Assembly: GCF_001447785.1 (NCBI RefSeq)
Contig: NW_015168717.1
Coordinates: 102,752-166,751 of the forward strand
Source of the DNA: Gekko japonicus
Taxonomy: Eukaryota
Direction: 5' to 3'
DNA length: 64,000 nucleotides
Below the pieces are notes generated by a model. The model was not told the DNA's origin, searched no databases, and saw only the letters and a program-made list of their open reading frames with translations. The position numbers were made by a program, and so were the translations under genes. Of the stretch, positions 11,680-24,420 are shown piece after piece (the first letter of the stretch is position 1; each line of letters begins with the position of its first letter).

Positions 11680-12468
11680 AGAAACTCAGCTCACCTGGCT
11701 GCCGGCCCTTGTGGCTGTGTAGTCTGGGGGCTGCCTCCCCCTCCCACAAGAAGAGCGGGTCTGGTGGCAAATGCCACTTCTGGGTGTCTGCTTGGGCAGG
11801 GTTGGGAGTCTTCTGGCCAGCCCCGCCCTGATCTCCAGTCTTCACCCTGTTTTCGGGGGGGCCTCCCACCCTGTAGGCAGTATAGGCTTTGGCTGGTTGC
11901 CTGTTGTTGGGGCCAGATAGGAATTTTTCGCCTTCACCAGATTGGCTGTGGGCAGGTGTGTTTTCACCTACCTTGTACTGTGGCAGAGGTTTTGGAAAAT
12001 TGGCTTGGGTGGTGCTGTTGTTAAACAGGTTGGTCACTTTACAGGTTGGCAGGGTTGTATTCAGATAGAGAATACAGTCTGGTGAGCGCCAGTTGACAGC
12101 CCTTCTTTGGGGTCTAGAGGTCTTAGTATAGTCCTTGGGCCATGCGGTCCGGGGCGGGGAAAGCAGACTGCCTATTGAACTGCCCCGGATAGATCTTCCC
12201 TTTAAGTCTTGCATCTCGGGGGCAGAATTCCAGGGCGATTACCTGCATGTTGTGCTTGCCGGATGTGAGCCATAGCCTGTGTGCTCCTACCCAGGTTCAG
12301 GGCAGCTCACCCCATTCCATGGGAGGGATCTTGTTGACCCCTAGCCTTGACCATACCACATAGGCTTTTAGCCCTTGCCATTTTTCAGTTAATGTTTATA
12401 GTTGAATAAAGTGGCCCTTTAGTTACCCAATACCTGTGTCTGTCTCGTTATTCTGGCCTGCAGGGCAA
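11680..12468 (+). mobile_element. Non-coding Ngaro/DIRS-related element
   Basis: Last ~100 nt (cccttgcca..ttcagtt..aataaagtggccctt..tgtgtc..attctg..gggcaa) match the 3' terminus of the Ngaro element at 20415-20515. The left boundary is approximate. Confidence 0.6.
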
Positions 12469-12659
12469 ATCATTTTGGATCACTGGAGGTATTCAGCTCA
12501 ATACAAAATGGACATTGGTCGATTGCCTTTTGTTGTTGTTGCAAATGTTTGCATCATTCCTGTCATTAGATATACATGGTGTTTTGGTGGTCTGAAGCAG
12601 GAAAATTTTACAGGGGGTTGAGAAATGAAGAGAGAGAGAGAAAGAGAGAGGTCTTTGTG

Positions 12660-12815
12660 TGTGTGTAAAGTGCTGTCAAGTTGCAGCTGACTTGCAGTGA
12701 CCCCAAAGGGTTTTCATGGCAAGTGATGAAGTCTGCAAAGTCTTCCTTGGTGGTCTCCCATCCAAGTACTGACCTCGCTTAGCTTTGAGATCTAACGAGA
12801 CAGGGGTATACCATA
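12660..12815 (-). mobile_element. 5S rRNA-derived SINE
   Basis: ggtctcccatccaagtactgacc..gcttagct is antisense to the 5S internal promoter region. The tail is shared with the copies at 13941-14290. Confidence 0.75.
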
Positions 12816-12839
12816 CCGTTCCACATCCTAAGAGAGGTC

Positions 12840-13252
12840 TTGCTCTCCCATAATACTAGAACTCAGGCACACTCCATGCAGTTAATGGGCAATAGTTTCA
12901 GGACAGACAAAAGGAAATTCTGTGTTACTGAACAAATAATTAAATTGTGGGATTCACTGACAGTGGATGTAGTGATGGCCATGAACATAAATGTATCCAA
13001 AAGGGGGTTAGACAGATTCATGCAGAAGAGGTCCATTAATGTCTGGCTACTAGCAATGGTGAGTAAAGCCCATAGTCAAATGAAGGAAACCACTGGATAC
13101 CAGTGCTAGGAGAAAGCACCAGGGGAAGGGTATGACTTCCGTGCCCTGTTTGATGGTCCTTGAGGGCAATTGGTTTGCTACTATGTGAAACAGGATGCTT
13201 GGCGAGATGGACTACTGCTCTGATCCAGCAGGGGTCTTCATACATTCTTATG
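12840..13252 (+). mobile_element. CR1 LINE 3' fragment
   Basis: ORF LSHNTRTQAHSMQLMGNSFRTDKRKF..IKLWDSL is the CR1 ORF2 C-terminus; ends ttcttatg. Confidence 0.88.
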
Positions 13253-13940
13253 TAAATAGGCTTAGTAGGGTATAACTCTGTTTAGAATTATATTGTTAGC
13301 CCAGCAACCCATTTGGAACATGCTTCCAGCTAGTTTTTAACTATTTATGACTGCAAACCTAAGAGCCTTTCATGGGCATAAACCCCACTGAATGACATGG
13401 AACTTACTTCTAAGTGGGACTGTTCCATATGTGATTTAGAGAAGCTTGTGCCTGCTGAGGGACTGCACTGTACACACAGAACCACAGACTGGGGACCTAT
13501 TGGTGACATAATGCACAGAGCAACCTTTCTTCTGCCTTTAGTGCTATCAAAAGGCTTTGATTTCCCTGACCTCACTTGTCAAAGGAGAGCAGAGTTCTGA
13601 AGACTGGACATGCTCAAACACCTGCCAGTGCCATTCTTGACCTGCTTGCTGGCTGTGAGCAGCGAACTGATTGTATGCCGAAGAAGCAGCAGCAGCAGAA
13701 GAAGACTGTTTTGATGTACCTGAATAAAGTTGGATGTTTCTGCTTTATATGATTGCATGACATTCTTACAGGATGATGGTGTTTTTTTTTCTCAGCGGAC
13801 CCTGTTGCTGCGTTCAATTTGAAAAGGCAATACCGTTAAAAGGTTTTTAAAAATCCGTTTGAATGGAGACTTAAGAGTGTCCACATGCCTTCAGAACTTG
13901 CTCATTTTCTACTTCCCCTTCAGTTTACTGAAGTCAAAAG

Positions 13941-14290
13941 GTAAAGTGTGCCATCAAGTCACAACTGGCTCATTGCTACCCCAGTGAAGTTCCACTTCAT
14001 GGGGTTTTCAGGGCAAGAGATGAGCAGAGGTGGTTTGCCATTGCCTCAGCATGCATAACAACCCTGGCCTTTCTTGGTAGTCTCCCATTCACATACTGAC
14101 CCTGTTTAGCTTCTGAGTTCAGACAAAATTAAACAGGGTCAGCCCTGGCTAGTATTTGGATGGGAGACCTCCAAGGAGTACCAGGGTCATGGCTCAGAGA
14201 GAGGTAATGGCAAACCACTTCTGAATGGCTCTTGCCTTGAAAACCCTACAGGGTCACCCTAAGTCAGCTGTGACTTGATGGCAAAACAAA
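13941..14290. mobile_element. Two head-to-head 5S-derived SINEs (13941-14128 minus, 14134-14290 plus)
   Basis: agtatttggatgggagacc 5S box on plus and its complement on the left; arms are mutually reverse-complementary (gccatcaagtcaca / tgtgacttgatggc). Confidence 0.75.
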
Positions 14291-15070
14291 TCCATGAATA
14301 AAAAATTTAAAATTATTTTTAATTATTTTCGGTTTAAGCCATTTAGTGCTATGATTCCATTATGTCAGGAATATTGTCTAATTGTAGAAATAAAGTAATA
14401 ATGTCAATTTCAGCAGAAAGTGATAGCCAGAAGGCAAGATCTGAAGCTGCAAGGCCCTGGCTCTTCAGAATAGGCTGCTGGACTTGAACTTTGACAGTGA
14501 CCATCTAGGAAATCTGATCAGGAGCTTCCCTTGAGGGAACTGGGCAAGACGAATTTACCTGGCTACTGTGTTTGTGTTGAAATTCACTGAAAATCCTGCC
14601 CTGTTAATATCTAAGTCTGTAGAGGTAAAAAGTATGTACAGATTATGTTATCTACCTAGCTACTGGTAGATGGAGGTTGGGCAGCAGGGCAGCTCCCTTT
14701 TCATTTTGTCAAAGGTTGCCATTGTAGGGACAGTTGTAGGGACTTCAGGATAGATAGGATGAGGATATGTTTATTCCCAGAAAGAGATAAGGCTTGTGAA
14801 TGCTAAGGTGTGCAGAACAAAAATATAGCTGAGTGAACTATAGCTGAGTGTCCTTTTACATTTCAGGGATGCCTATTTTTCCTCTTCAAAATAATGACTG
14901 AAGGAGGGTGGAAATGGAGAAACCATGTAGGGCAGAAGAGTTGCCATTTCTGCTTCTCCTGCACCACAACTCAAATCAAAATTGAGCCTCTCCAGTGGCA
15001 ATATTCCTTTAATAACTGCTGGAGAACTCCTTCATGGAGTGACATCCTGCTTTGGTCCTCATAGACTGCA

Positions 15071-15485
15071 TTTATTTATTTATTTATTTGTTTGTTTGTT
15101 TGTTTATTTTGCGACTTGTATCCCACCCTACACATAGTGTCTCAGGGCGGCTAACAAATAAGGTTTTAAAATATAGGACAATAAAACAATGTTACATAAC
15201 ATATTAAAAACGGTGCTGCAATAAATTGCTTAAAATACCCAAGATGCGCAATAATCGCATTGATGGCAGATTTTCTTACAAACATGAGCGCCAGGAGTGT
15301 TGTTTCCAGGCTCAATCGGGCGATACCCACCGCTCCCTCACACTGCAGTAGGTGGAAGATGGCATCTTGGTGATGGAATAGTGGCAGGGGCGGCTCCTAC
15401 TCGAAAGCCTGGCGGAAGAGCTCCGTCTTGCAGGCCCTGTAGAACTGTACAAGGTCCCGCAGGGCCCAGATCTCCTCCGGTGGAC
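15071..15485 (-). mobile_element. L2-type LINE 3' end
   Basis: (TTTA)n tail complement and aaagcctgg..agctccgtcttgcaggccctg shared with the copies at 46478 and 52551. Confidence 0.7.
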
Positions 15486-17381
15486 ATAGAATGGTGTAAC
15501 ATGATTTCAACAGGCTTAGAAGGGAATAACTCTTCTTAGGATTACACTGGTAGTTCTTGAACTGTTGCTCTGTTTGTTTCTCTCCTTTTTAGTTCCTAGT
15601 CTCTATAAGGAAACTGATAGTAAGTCAGGGGCTGATTGCCTTTAAGGATTTTCTACCATAGGCTTGCTATCTGGGCTTGGATAAGCTACTTTTTCCCAGC
15701 TGAGATAAGGGTAAGTCCTTTTAAAAAAAGCCTTTCAAAAATGTGATTTCTATTCTCCTATTTAACCTAGTGGGCTTCATGATGCAGGGTAACTTGTGCA
15801 ACCAGCCTTCAATTATCCAAGCTCCTCCTGCCTGGTGGATTACCTTTCTTCTCTTTAAAATTCCAAAAGTACATTATATGGCAGCTAACATATATCAGTT
15901 GTCCTTGGAGCTACTCTTTGGCTCTTGATTCACCACCTTAATGTAACAAGAGAAACAGAAGCCTCAAAAAAGCAAAAAAGCAAAAACAAAAACCAACAAC
16001 GGTTAAAGTCACATATTTTAAATGTGAATGAATGTTTTCATCCTTGGTTCAATTGACCAATCCTGTACTTAATTATCACAGCAGAAAACAGTGTGGGTGG
16101 TTTACACATTTCAGAGATGTTGAGGTTCACACATTCCTAAGAAGGTTCTCACCTCCAGACATGACACAGTGCTAAGTTTGGAATGTGGACTTATCATGAA
16201 ACAAGACTCCACCTTTTTTGTGTGAAATTTTACTATTGCGATCAGACTAAAGTACTACCAAATACTATGTTTTATGGTGGAGTGTTTATATTCATGGTAT
16301 ATTTACGTAATGGTCTCAAGTACAATATGCAATGTAAATCAGATGGTTTTAGAAAAATAATCTCTGCCTTGCTTCTTCCTTGCTGCATGTTGCAGGATAT
16401 GATGAAAGAGATTTTTTTTTTTTACACAAGGCAATATAAATTTTCTGCAGAGAGGGAAAGAAAGCATGGCTCCTTCTGTCACGTTGTCTGTCCAACTGTC
16501 TCCTGGACCTTCTTTCTCAGAGTCCCTCAATAGCATGTTTTTCTGCAAAATGGGAGAAGAAACGGGCAGGGAGGGAAAGAAAGAGAAGGGTTCATGTTAC
16601 CTACTTCCTACTAAAACCACAGAAGGACTCAGTCCTAATGGGTTGGATCCAAACTAACATTTTCACAGGCGCAAAGATTTCCACCCACAAAGTGCAATTT
16701 CCCTATGCCACAGCAGCCCCAATAGAGGAAGTATGAGAGAGGCTTGCACATTACATGCAAGCTGGTGAACCTACCTTCAGTACCTTGAACTGGGCCCCAA
16801 AACAAATTGGGAGTCAGTGTAGATGATCCAAGCCTGGAGTGATATAGTCCCTACAACCCATTGCAGTCAATGTCCTGGCTGCAGCATTCCTTACCGACGG
16901 AAGCTTCTGAATACTTTCAAGGCCAGCCCCACATCTTTAAGGCTGCAATCCTCATCCCACTGACGTAATGATAATTCTCCTATTGGTTTTAACTCTAAAT
17001 TCTATATTCTAAGGCTATGGGAGTTCCATTTAGCTATGATGGCAAATTAGCATTCATAGACCAATGAGTTTGCATGAGCCTTTTAAAAATCCAGTTAAGA
17101 AAGCAGTCATCACCACTCCTTGTGGTAGTGAGTTCCTTAAGTCAACAGTGTGTATGTAGAAAGATGTAAAAATATATTGCAAAGTATGCCATATTAGTAA
17201 TCAACCTTAGGTCCCATTCCACAGGCTGTATTTCCTCACTTCCTTACCAATGGACACTATGCATTTAAAATCCATTTGCAATAATAAATGCCCCCCACAA
17301 ATGCAGGTAATAAGAGAGCTTTTTTTATCTGGATGACACTTTGCTTCTCAAGAACAGACATCCTCCAAGGGGGGAAAGTGT

Positions 17382-17929
17382 NNNNNNNNNNNNNNNNNNN
17401 NNNNNNNNNNNNNNNNNNNNNNNNNNNNNNNNNNNNNNNNNNNNNNNNNNNNNNNNNNNNNNNNNNNNNNNNNNNNNNNNNNNNNNNNNNNNNNNNNNNN
17501 NNNNNNNNNNNNNGCCAACCCAAACAAAGAGTAATCAGTGANNNNNNNNNNNNNNNNNNNNNNNNNNNNNNNNNNNNNNNNNNNNNNNNNNNNNNNNNNN
17601 NNNNNNNNNNNNNNNNNNNNNNNNNNNNNNNNNNNNNNNNNNNNNNNNNNNNNNNNNNNNNNNNNNNNNNNNNNNNNNNNNNNNNNNNNNNNNNNNNNNN
17701 NNNNNNNNNNNNNNNNNNNNNNNNNNNNNNNNNNNNNNNNNNNNNNNNNNNNNNNNNNNNNNNNNNNNNNNNNNNNNNNNNNNNNNNNNNNNNNNNNNNN
17801 NNNNNNNNNNNNNNNNNNNNNNNNNNNNNNNNNNNNNNNNNNNNNNNNNNNNNNNNNNNNNNNNNNNNNNNNNNNNNNNNNNNNNNNNNNNNNNNNNNNN
17901 NNNNNNNNNNNNNNNNNNNNNNNNNNNNN
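17382..17929. other. Assembly gaps (N runs) around a 28-bp island; other gaps at 36288-36299, 41720-41743, 42554-42614, 56785-56914
   Basis: Runs of N in the sequence. Confidence 0.98.
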
Positions 17930-20894
17930 GTGATTTTTTTATTTAAAAACCAAATAATAAAAACATAGTTATCTTTTGTTAACACAAAGGAGGTAGGTTC
18001 TGATTGTAAAAAAAAAAATTGAAATAACATTAAAACAAAGAAAACAATCTTGTGTTCATATGTTCTGGCTGTATTTTTCCCCCACCAGTATTCTAGTACC
18101 ATGCTGATACAATTCAGTGGGCTTTTTTATGCATCAAGAAGTCTTTTCTCAAGTACTGGGATAAAAATCAGATACTCAGCTTTGAATGTTTTTGTACAGA
18201 TATACCCTCTTCAGCCTGGTCAAGTGGAACATGATAGCTGTCAGGGACCCACTTGCGTAGCGCACTGTTTTCAGTGGTCACGGCTAATATGGAGCCATTT
18301 GCAATGCCAGAGCACTTGGAGCAGCTTCTAACTGCTATCACAGTTGGCAAAATGATTGTTTTGGAAATGGCCAACAGTTCAGGAGGCAGCTCTGATGAAT
18401 TACTTTCTAAGACCGGATTCACACATGTACATAGTGATACAAGTGGAAATTTAAAACGCTACTATATCCATGTGGCCAGCTGTTTAGGTGAAGAGGTTCC
18501 CCACATGGATTTTGCAATAGTCTAGGAAACCTTTACCTATACAAGCGAAGAGACAGAGCTAAAAATCAAATACTTCCCAGTTTGACTCTTACCTCTGCCA
18601 TGAGTTTACCCAAGGTATGCCACCCTTCAGCCATCATCTTTTTCTATAAGGCACTGAGCATTATCTGCCTCACAGAATTACAATATAATGAATATGAAAT
18701 GTTTTGAACAGAACTAGTGCTCTATAAATGCTAAGTGTTATAAGACAAATTATTGTATTTCGACTCTTCTGTGGCAAATAAAACAGAAAAAACCCTCAAC
18801 TTACACATTTTACCACACAGAGCAATTATATATTACACTGTCTCAAACAGCTATGTATGCTGCTTTTTGTGTAGTTATTGGAACTCTATATCATGCTGAT
18901 CTTAGCCTGTTTCTTGTAACCATTTTGGGGGATAGTTTTCCATCAGTAGTGGGGGGGTGGAAGTTTGACAACACAGCTTGGACATGTTGATGGGTTATCT
19001 GAATAGCTACTGTTCATAACAGATTATATTTGCAGTGCTGTGGTAGTAAGTCTGGATCTCAGCCAATGGTAGAATCCTCTGACAATTTCTTCATCATATC
19101 CACATTGAATTGATTTTATCTATGAACTTTACTTCAACTTCAGCATGAGTATACACTATTTTCAATGCAGGGATTCTAGAAAAATGTAACTGTATTACAA
19201 AAGAAGTGCTAGAGGAACACAGTTTCTCATACATATGTACACACATTAAGTTGGATTCAGCAATCCATCAGTAAAACTCAGTGACATATGGACTTTTCTC
19301 TTCTTCCCTTTTTTTGACTAGTCCATTCCAGATGCAGAAAGGGGATTGTGAGACTCATGTGTACAAATAGTCATGAAGGTTGAGGAGGCAATTTTGCCTC
19401 TTCCCCTTCTACAGAGTAACCCTTACCAACCCATGTGGAAGAACAAGATTTGAGTCCAGTAGCACCTTAAAGACTATGTGGGTTCTGCAACCTCAGCTTT
19501 ACCTGGGCAGAATACGGCAGCTTGGAGAAGAACAACAAGGGAACAATCTACAATTCTTTTAATCCCGGATCATTGATTCACTAATAATTCTGAAGAACTT
19601 TGGCAAACTGGACCTGACAAGAGTAATTTCATGCAATGCAGAAACAGCAGTGAAGCAAGCACAGCAGCAAAAGCACAACTGAGAATGAGCATTTCCTCAC
19701 TTCTTATCTTGAAATCACCATTTTAATTTTTTTTTGGAGAATCAAGTTTACCAGTTTAATTGAAAACCAGCAAGGTTATTTATTTATTTATTTATTTGCC
19801 ATAAATGTGTGGAGTTGAATCCAATGGAGCCCTTCCATTCACAGAAGGACTTCTTCTGGGAACAAAAGATTTTGCCTACATGCGCTCAGGTGTTGCTTGT
19901 GTTGTGCTGTTCCTGAGGAATTTTTAAATGTAAAGTTACAGGAAGAAGCTGCATGGCCTGAAGAACAGGAAAACAATTGTAAACATTTCCTTTTCCTTGC
20001 TTTGTCTGCTTTTCCCCCCAATGAAAATTCAACACTCTTGAAACAGTAATTTTCACTGGGTTGGATTCAGTGGAAATGTTTAGAGAAGGAATGGACACTT
20101 CAAATCTTTCCCTGCCTTCTCTTTCTACTTATTTGCTCTTGAAATCCTCTTAGAGAGTTGGGAGAGTCTTACAAATAAATATATATTGTGGTATAGGGTG
20201 CTGCAGTGATGAGGATGAATCTGGTAAAATCCTTCCTTCTTCCACTAGTGTCTATCAATAGAAGAGGAGAGAGGAGGCAATTGGACCTTATTGTCCTTCA
20301 TTGCTATAGCACCTAATTCCATGGAGCATTTTTAACATGAGGCTCTCTCAATTGTCTGAGAGGATTTTCAGGGCAAATTGCAGGCAGCTTGGGGGAAGAA
20401 AAAAAGATCCACTCATTGCCCCCACAGTCAGAATGAAGCAATGGACACAAAGAATGGATTTAACAAGGGCCACTTTATTATTAAATATTTATAAACTGAA
20501 GTGGCAAGGGGATGCTTACTAGTGTGGAAAGAGCAGGGCAGGTGTCACCACCTGACAACCTCCCTGCCCTCCATTGGGCAATACACCTGCCCCAATCTCA
20601 AGCCATTCTTGTGGCTCTCAATCAGCGGCCTGGCCAATTGCCAGTGCCCCTGGCCCACAACCCCAGAAGCTTCATGGCCTGCTGGGATAAGCTGAACCAG
20701 GGAGCTCCAAAGGAAGATCCCTATTCCCAGCCCTGAGCCACAAGGCCCGAAGGCTGTTCCTGGTGGACCCCCAATTTCTAACAGGAAAGTACCCAGGTGC
20801 TCACCTTTTCTGCTTTCTCACCTGCACTACACCACCACAGCCAAGACCAAGCCTCTGCTTAGGCCTTCACATCCATCTGGCAGCCTAAAGCCAC

Positions 20895-21185
20895 CTGCAC
20901 CCCTTACCAGAAGTCATCCAAGAAAACATAATTGCCCTTGTTGGATAGGTGCACCCCATTGTTTCCATACAGCTCCATCAATTAGACCCGTATGTCAGAG
21001 TGCATGAAGCCCAAGCCACCCTCCATGGCATTCTGCAGCTGGTGCTTCTCCAGCACAACCATTCAACTTCAGCCAGCTCACTAAGGCCCAACTGTGACCC
21101 AATAGGCATCCTCTTAGCCTAGTGAGCGGCCCAAAGCACCATGCTGTGGCTGCAGACGGTGACTTTTCACCTGGTGGCCATCAGC
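20895..21185 (-). pseudogene. Ngaro SGNH/GDSL hydrolase relic, internally deleted
   Basis: Manual translation gives KVTVCSHSMVLWAAH*AKRMPIGSQLGL..VEW (block I, GHS-like) and GGLGFMHSDI..LYGNNGVHLSNKGNYVFLDDF (block V, DGVHLS-like). Confidence 0.75.
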
Positions 21186-22050
21186 ACCTGAAATGAAAAC
21201 TTGAATTACCTGTCTAACCAACAGCCATTGAACTTTGCATTTCCATATATAAGATTTGTAACTAGACGACCTCCACCAACCTATCCTTTGAATTTCCCCT
21301 ACTGGGTATCCCATGGCTGCTATGGTGGATACAGCCCGAGTTCTAAAGGAATGCATTCCAAATTGAAGGCCACCAAAACCCAAGGCTTCCAAAGCCCACT
21401 TAGTAACTGCCCCAAACTGAAACCACATAAGTGGGGTGCCATAAGTCCCGCTCAAAGCATAAGCCAAGCACAATCACTACCCCTTTCTGTAACTGATCAG
21501 TTTTTGAAGTCTAACCCTAATTCAGACCCCAGTGTCACGCATCTGAACATCCTGAATGCACAGGGCATGAAGGTAGGTTCACCATTGTGGTGGGAGCTGG
21601 CCACAAGGTCACTAATTTTGAGCACCCTGAAAAATGCCACCAAAGAGGAGGCATGGAAAAGAGAGGCCGCGTAGCCTTCTGAGCAAAGAGATGCCCATTG
21701 AGCCTTGAGCCTCCAAAGCACTATGGGCAAAAGTGTTCCCTGCCTTCCCATGGCATGCCATCTTCTCGGGCCCAGCCCTCCAGCATTTTCGTAATTTGAA
21801 AATTGCTTGAGCTATCCTGAAAACCACTGGCTTTGCTTGCAAAACCAAGGATTGACAGCTTTCCCCTAATAGAATGGACAAATAGACCCTTACCTTTTAA
21901 AGTCACTCAAAATTGTATCAGGTGAGGGATGGGTATGGGCCAAAGCTGCTGGAGCCCTGCCTGTTGCCTAAATGCCACAAAGTGTTGGCCAGTTCTCTTA
22001 TATGCCCTCTTAGTGCTAAGAGCAAGGGCTAAACCCATTGCCCTCTCAGC
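21114..22050 (-). pseudogene. Tyrosine recombinase, frameshifted
   Basis: ASLFHASSLVAFFRVLKISDLV (catalytic R region) and HSFRTRAVST...IQRIGWWRSSSYKSYI (HSxR, GRW, Y motifs). Confidence 0.85.
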
Positions 22051-22051
22051 C

Positions 22052-23185
22052 TCAGTATGTTAATCTGCCACAATTCCACCGGCATTCCAGGAAAGGATTG
22101 GCTTCTGGAGCCAGCTGACGGAATCTCTCCATCTGTTTTTGAGACAGCGCATCAGCAACCCCATTACTGACCTCCAGCACATCCTTAGCTTTAAATATTA
22201 TGTCATACTGTAGGCACTGAAGGGTAAAGGCCCTAACCAGCACCATAACCCTGGGAGACCTTGAGGTGGGTAAGATAATAACATGCACCATGGCCAAATT
22301 GTTGCACCAAAAGGTAATTGGCAAGGTCATTCGCCTAGATCCAAGTCACTACCACTATTAGAAAGAACTCCTGGAATGTCAGGCCAATGGCCCAGCCTGC
22401 CTGGACCCACTCTGGGCCCCTCAGTTTTCTCATGGGCAAGAGGAACACCCATCACCTCCGCCAACTGCATAAAGTCAAGTGGGGACAATTCCCAGAGCCT
22501 GTGGGGCCTGTAAATAAAAAGTCATAGAGATAATGGGCAGTGCTGGTCAAACCTATGCTTACCCGCAAGGCCCAATTCAAAAAGTTACTGAGCTGCTCAA
22601 ATGCAGCACAGGATACCAAGCATCCCATTGGGAGGGCCCTGTCCCTGTAAAATTTCCCAGCAAAAGCAAAGCCTGAGAGATCAAAGTTGTCAGGATGTAC
22701 TGAAAACAGGTGAAAGGCTGACTTGGTATTACATTTGGTCAATTCAGCCTTACACCCACAATGGCACACCATACCTATAGCCTGATCATAAATAACTGAA
22801 CATAACTAATCCGGGATTGCATCATTCACTGAGCTTCTGTGCAGATATGAAAGATGGTGAATGAGGTGATACTCCCCAGGGGCCTTCTTGGGAACCACTC
22901 CCAGTGAGATACCCATAAATTGGAAATAGGTGGGGCAGGAAAAGGGCTTAACACCCTGCCCTCCCTGCATTTCTTACCAATCTTCTCATTGACCATGTGT
23001 TCCATTCCCCTAGCAGATGGTAAGTTGGGAGTCCAGTAAGGTTGTCGTTTGCCCATATACAGAATACAAAAACTAAATTTGAACCTGATTATGTACTCCC
23101 TATCCTGTGATCTGGGATAATGGCACAACCAATGCTCCAATACTAGTATGTTAATTAGACTGGGGCCCTTTTCCAAGCAGGGCAT
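22052..23185 (-). pseudogene. DIRS-type reverse transcriptase and RNase H, disrupted
   Basis: DRALPMGC..SCAAFE, HYLYDFL (mutated YLDD), RNaseH FWCNNLAMV...SNGVADALS. Confidence 0.88.
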
Positions 23186-23904
23186 TTGCCTCCTTTGGCA
23201 TCCCTAGAACCTGGCTTGCTTTTGGCTCGGGGAATGGTGGAAATACATGAGGTCTGACACAGAGGGGCATTCATAATGAAAGTATACGACCTCGTACTGC
23301 AGGCACCCTGAGAGGACAATTCACAACAAAGTGGGAGTTTATGTGATTCCTGTCCTGCTAGGGGGCGAACAGCTACGGTACCTGATGTCCATTGAATGAC
23401 AGAGCACTCCCCTGAGGTAGGACTTGCAGGGGACATTAGCTGCATCCACAATTGTGGTTGGATCTGATCCCACCACAAAACTGGATTCATGGCTGTCCTC
23501 ATGCAAAATTTCTCATCATACTGCATCCATGCTGGCCTGGTAAAATCAGTATATCCCTTGTAAAGTATATCCATGTCTTGGAGCATGGACAAGGTCCTCC
23601 ATAGCTGTGCCCTGACAACCAAGTCTGCATAAATTAGGAAGCCTGGATACCAATTGTCCCATGTTTTATCCACCTTGCAACGCTTCAGGCGTTCCTTGTC
23701 ATGCTCCTCTAGGTTTTTCTTATCTTTCTTTTCTAGCTCACGGTACAATAAGGAAAACACATCAACATATTCACCCCTCAAAATCTTGTCCCTAGTGGCT
23801 GTAGTAAGATGTTCCCCTAAGGGCATTGTCTGGTCCCCCAGTGGCAACACATTTGCCAGCACCATCTCATATGGCTTTCCCCACTGGACCAGGATAACCA
23901 CCAC
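23155..23904 (-). pseudogene. Ngaro gag-like ORF1 fragment
   Basis: PLGEHL...KILRGEYVDVFSLL...AWMQYDEKF motifs typical of DIRS/Ngaro gag. Confidence 0.8.
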
Positions 23905-24420
23905 TAGGCTGGCAACTAATCTGCTGTTGAGAGGGGTGGACCATCAAGGGCCCCCATCCTGTCTGAGGCAGGAGTTGGCCCATGCCCCAAGGCCGGCCAG
24001 TCGGTGGCATGTTAGCATGTGCCTTGTGTGAGTCACTATTAGGCAGTTGTATAGAAGATCCAGGGGCAGCAGCCTGACCCCCAGGCCCCAAGGCGGCTAA
24101 CTTGTGTGTCAGCTCAGTCTTACCTCCTGCCTGTGGAATACCCACATATGGCACCACCTGCTGGTTTTCCACTGACTGTTCCACCTGCTGCTAACCGCCA
24201 TGCCTGGCATCAAGACTTTCAGAAGCTGCTTGCTGGGCTGATGAATCTCCACACCTGCTTTCAATGACAGATAAATGGACCAAAACTTGAGCCTGGAACA
24301 CATTTGTGGAAGACAGTCTAGTCTGCCTAGCCCCCCACCTGAGCCACAAAAGAGGGCCCACCCATCTGCTGTTCAATGGAAGCAAGCCTATTGAAGATGG
24401 GCTTCTTCACAGGGTCATCC

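Noticed and set aside
14134-14185. 5S rRNA gene
   Set aside because: Partial, diverged and fused to a SINE tail, so it is not a functional rRNA. tRNA-like SINE heads are likewise not tRNAs.
17257-18102. Long ORFs of 281, 226 and 131 aa
   Set aside because: They are open only because they run through N gaps; the same applies at 56536-57031.
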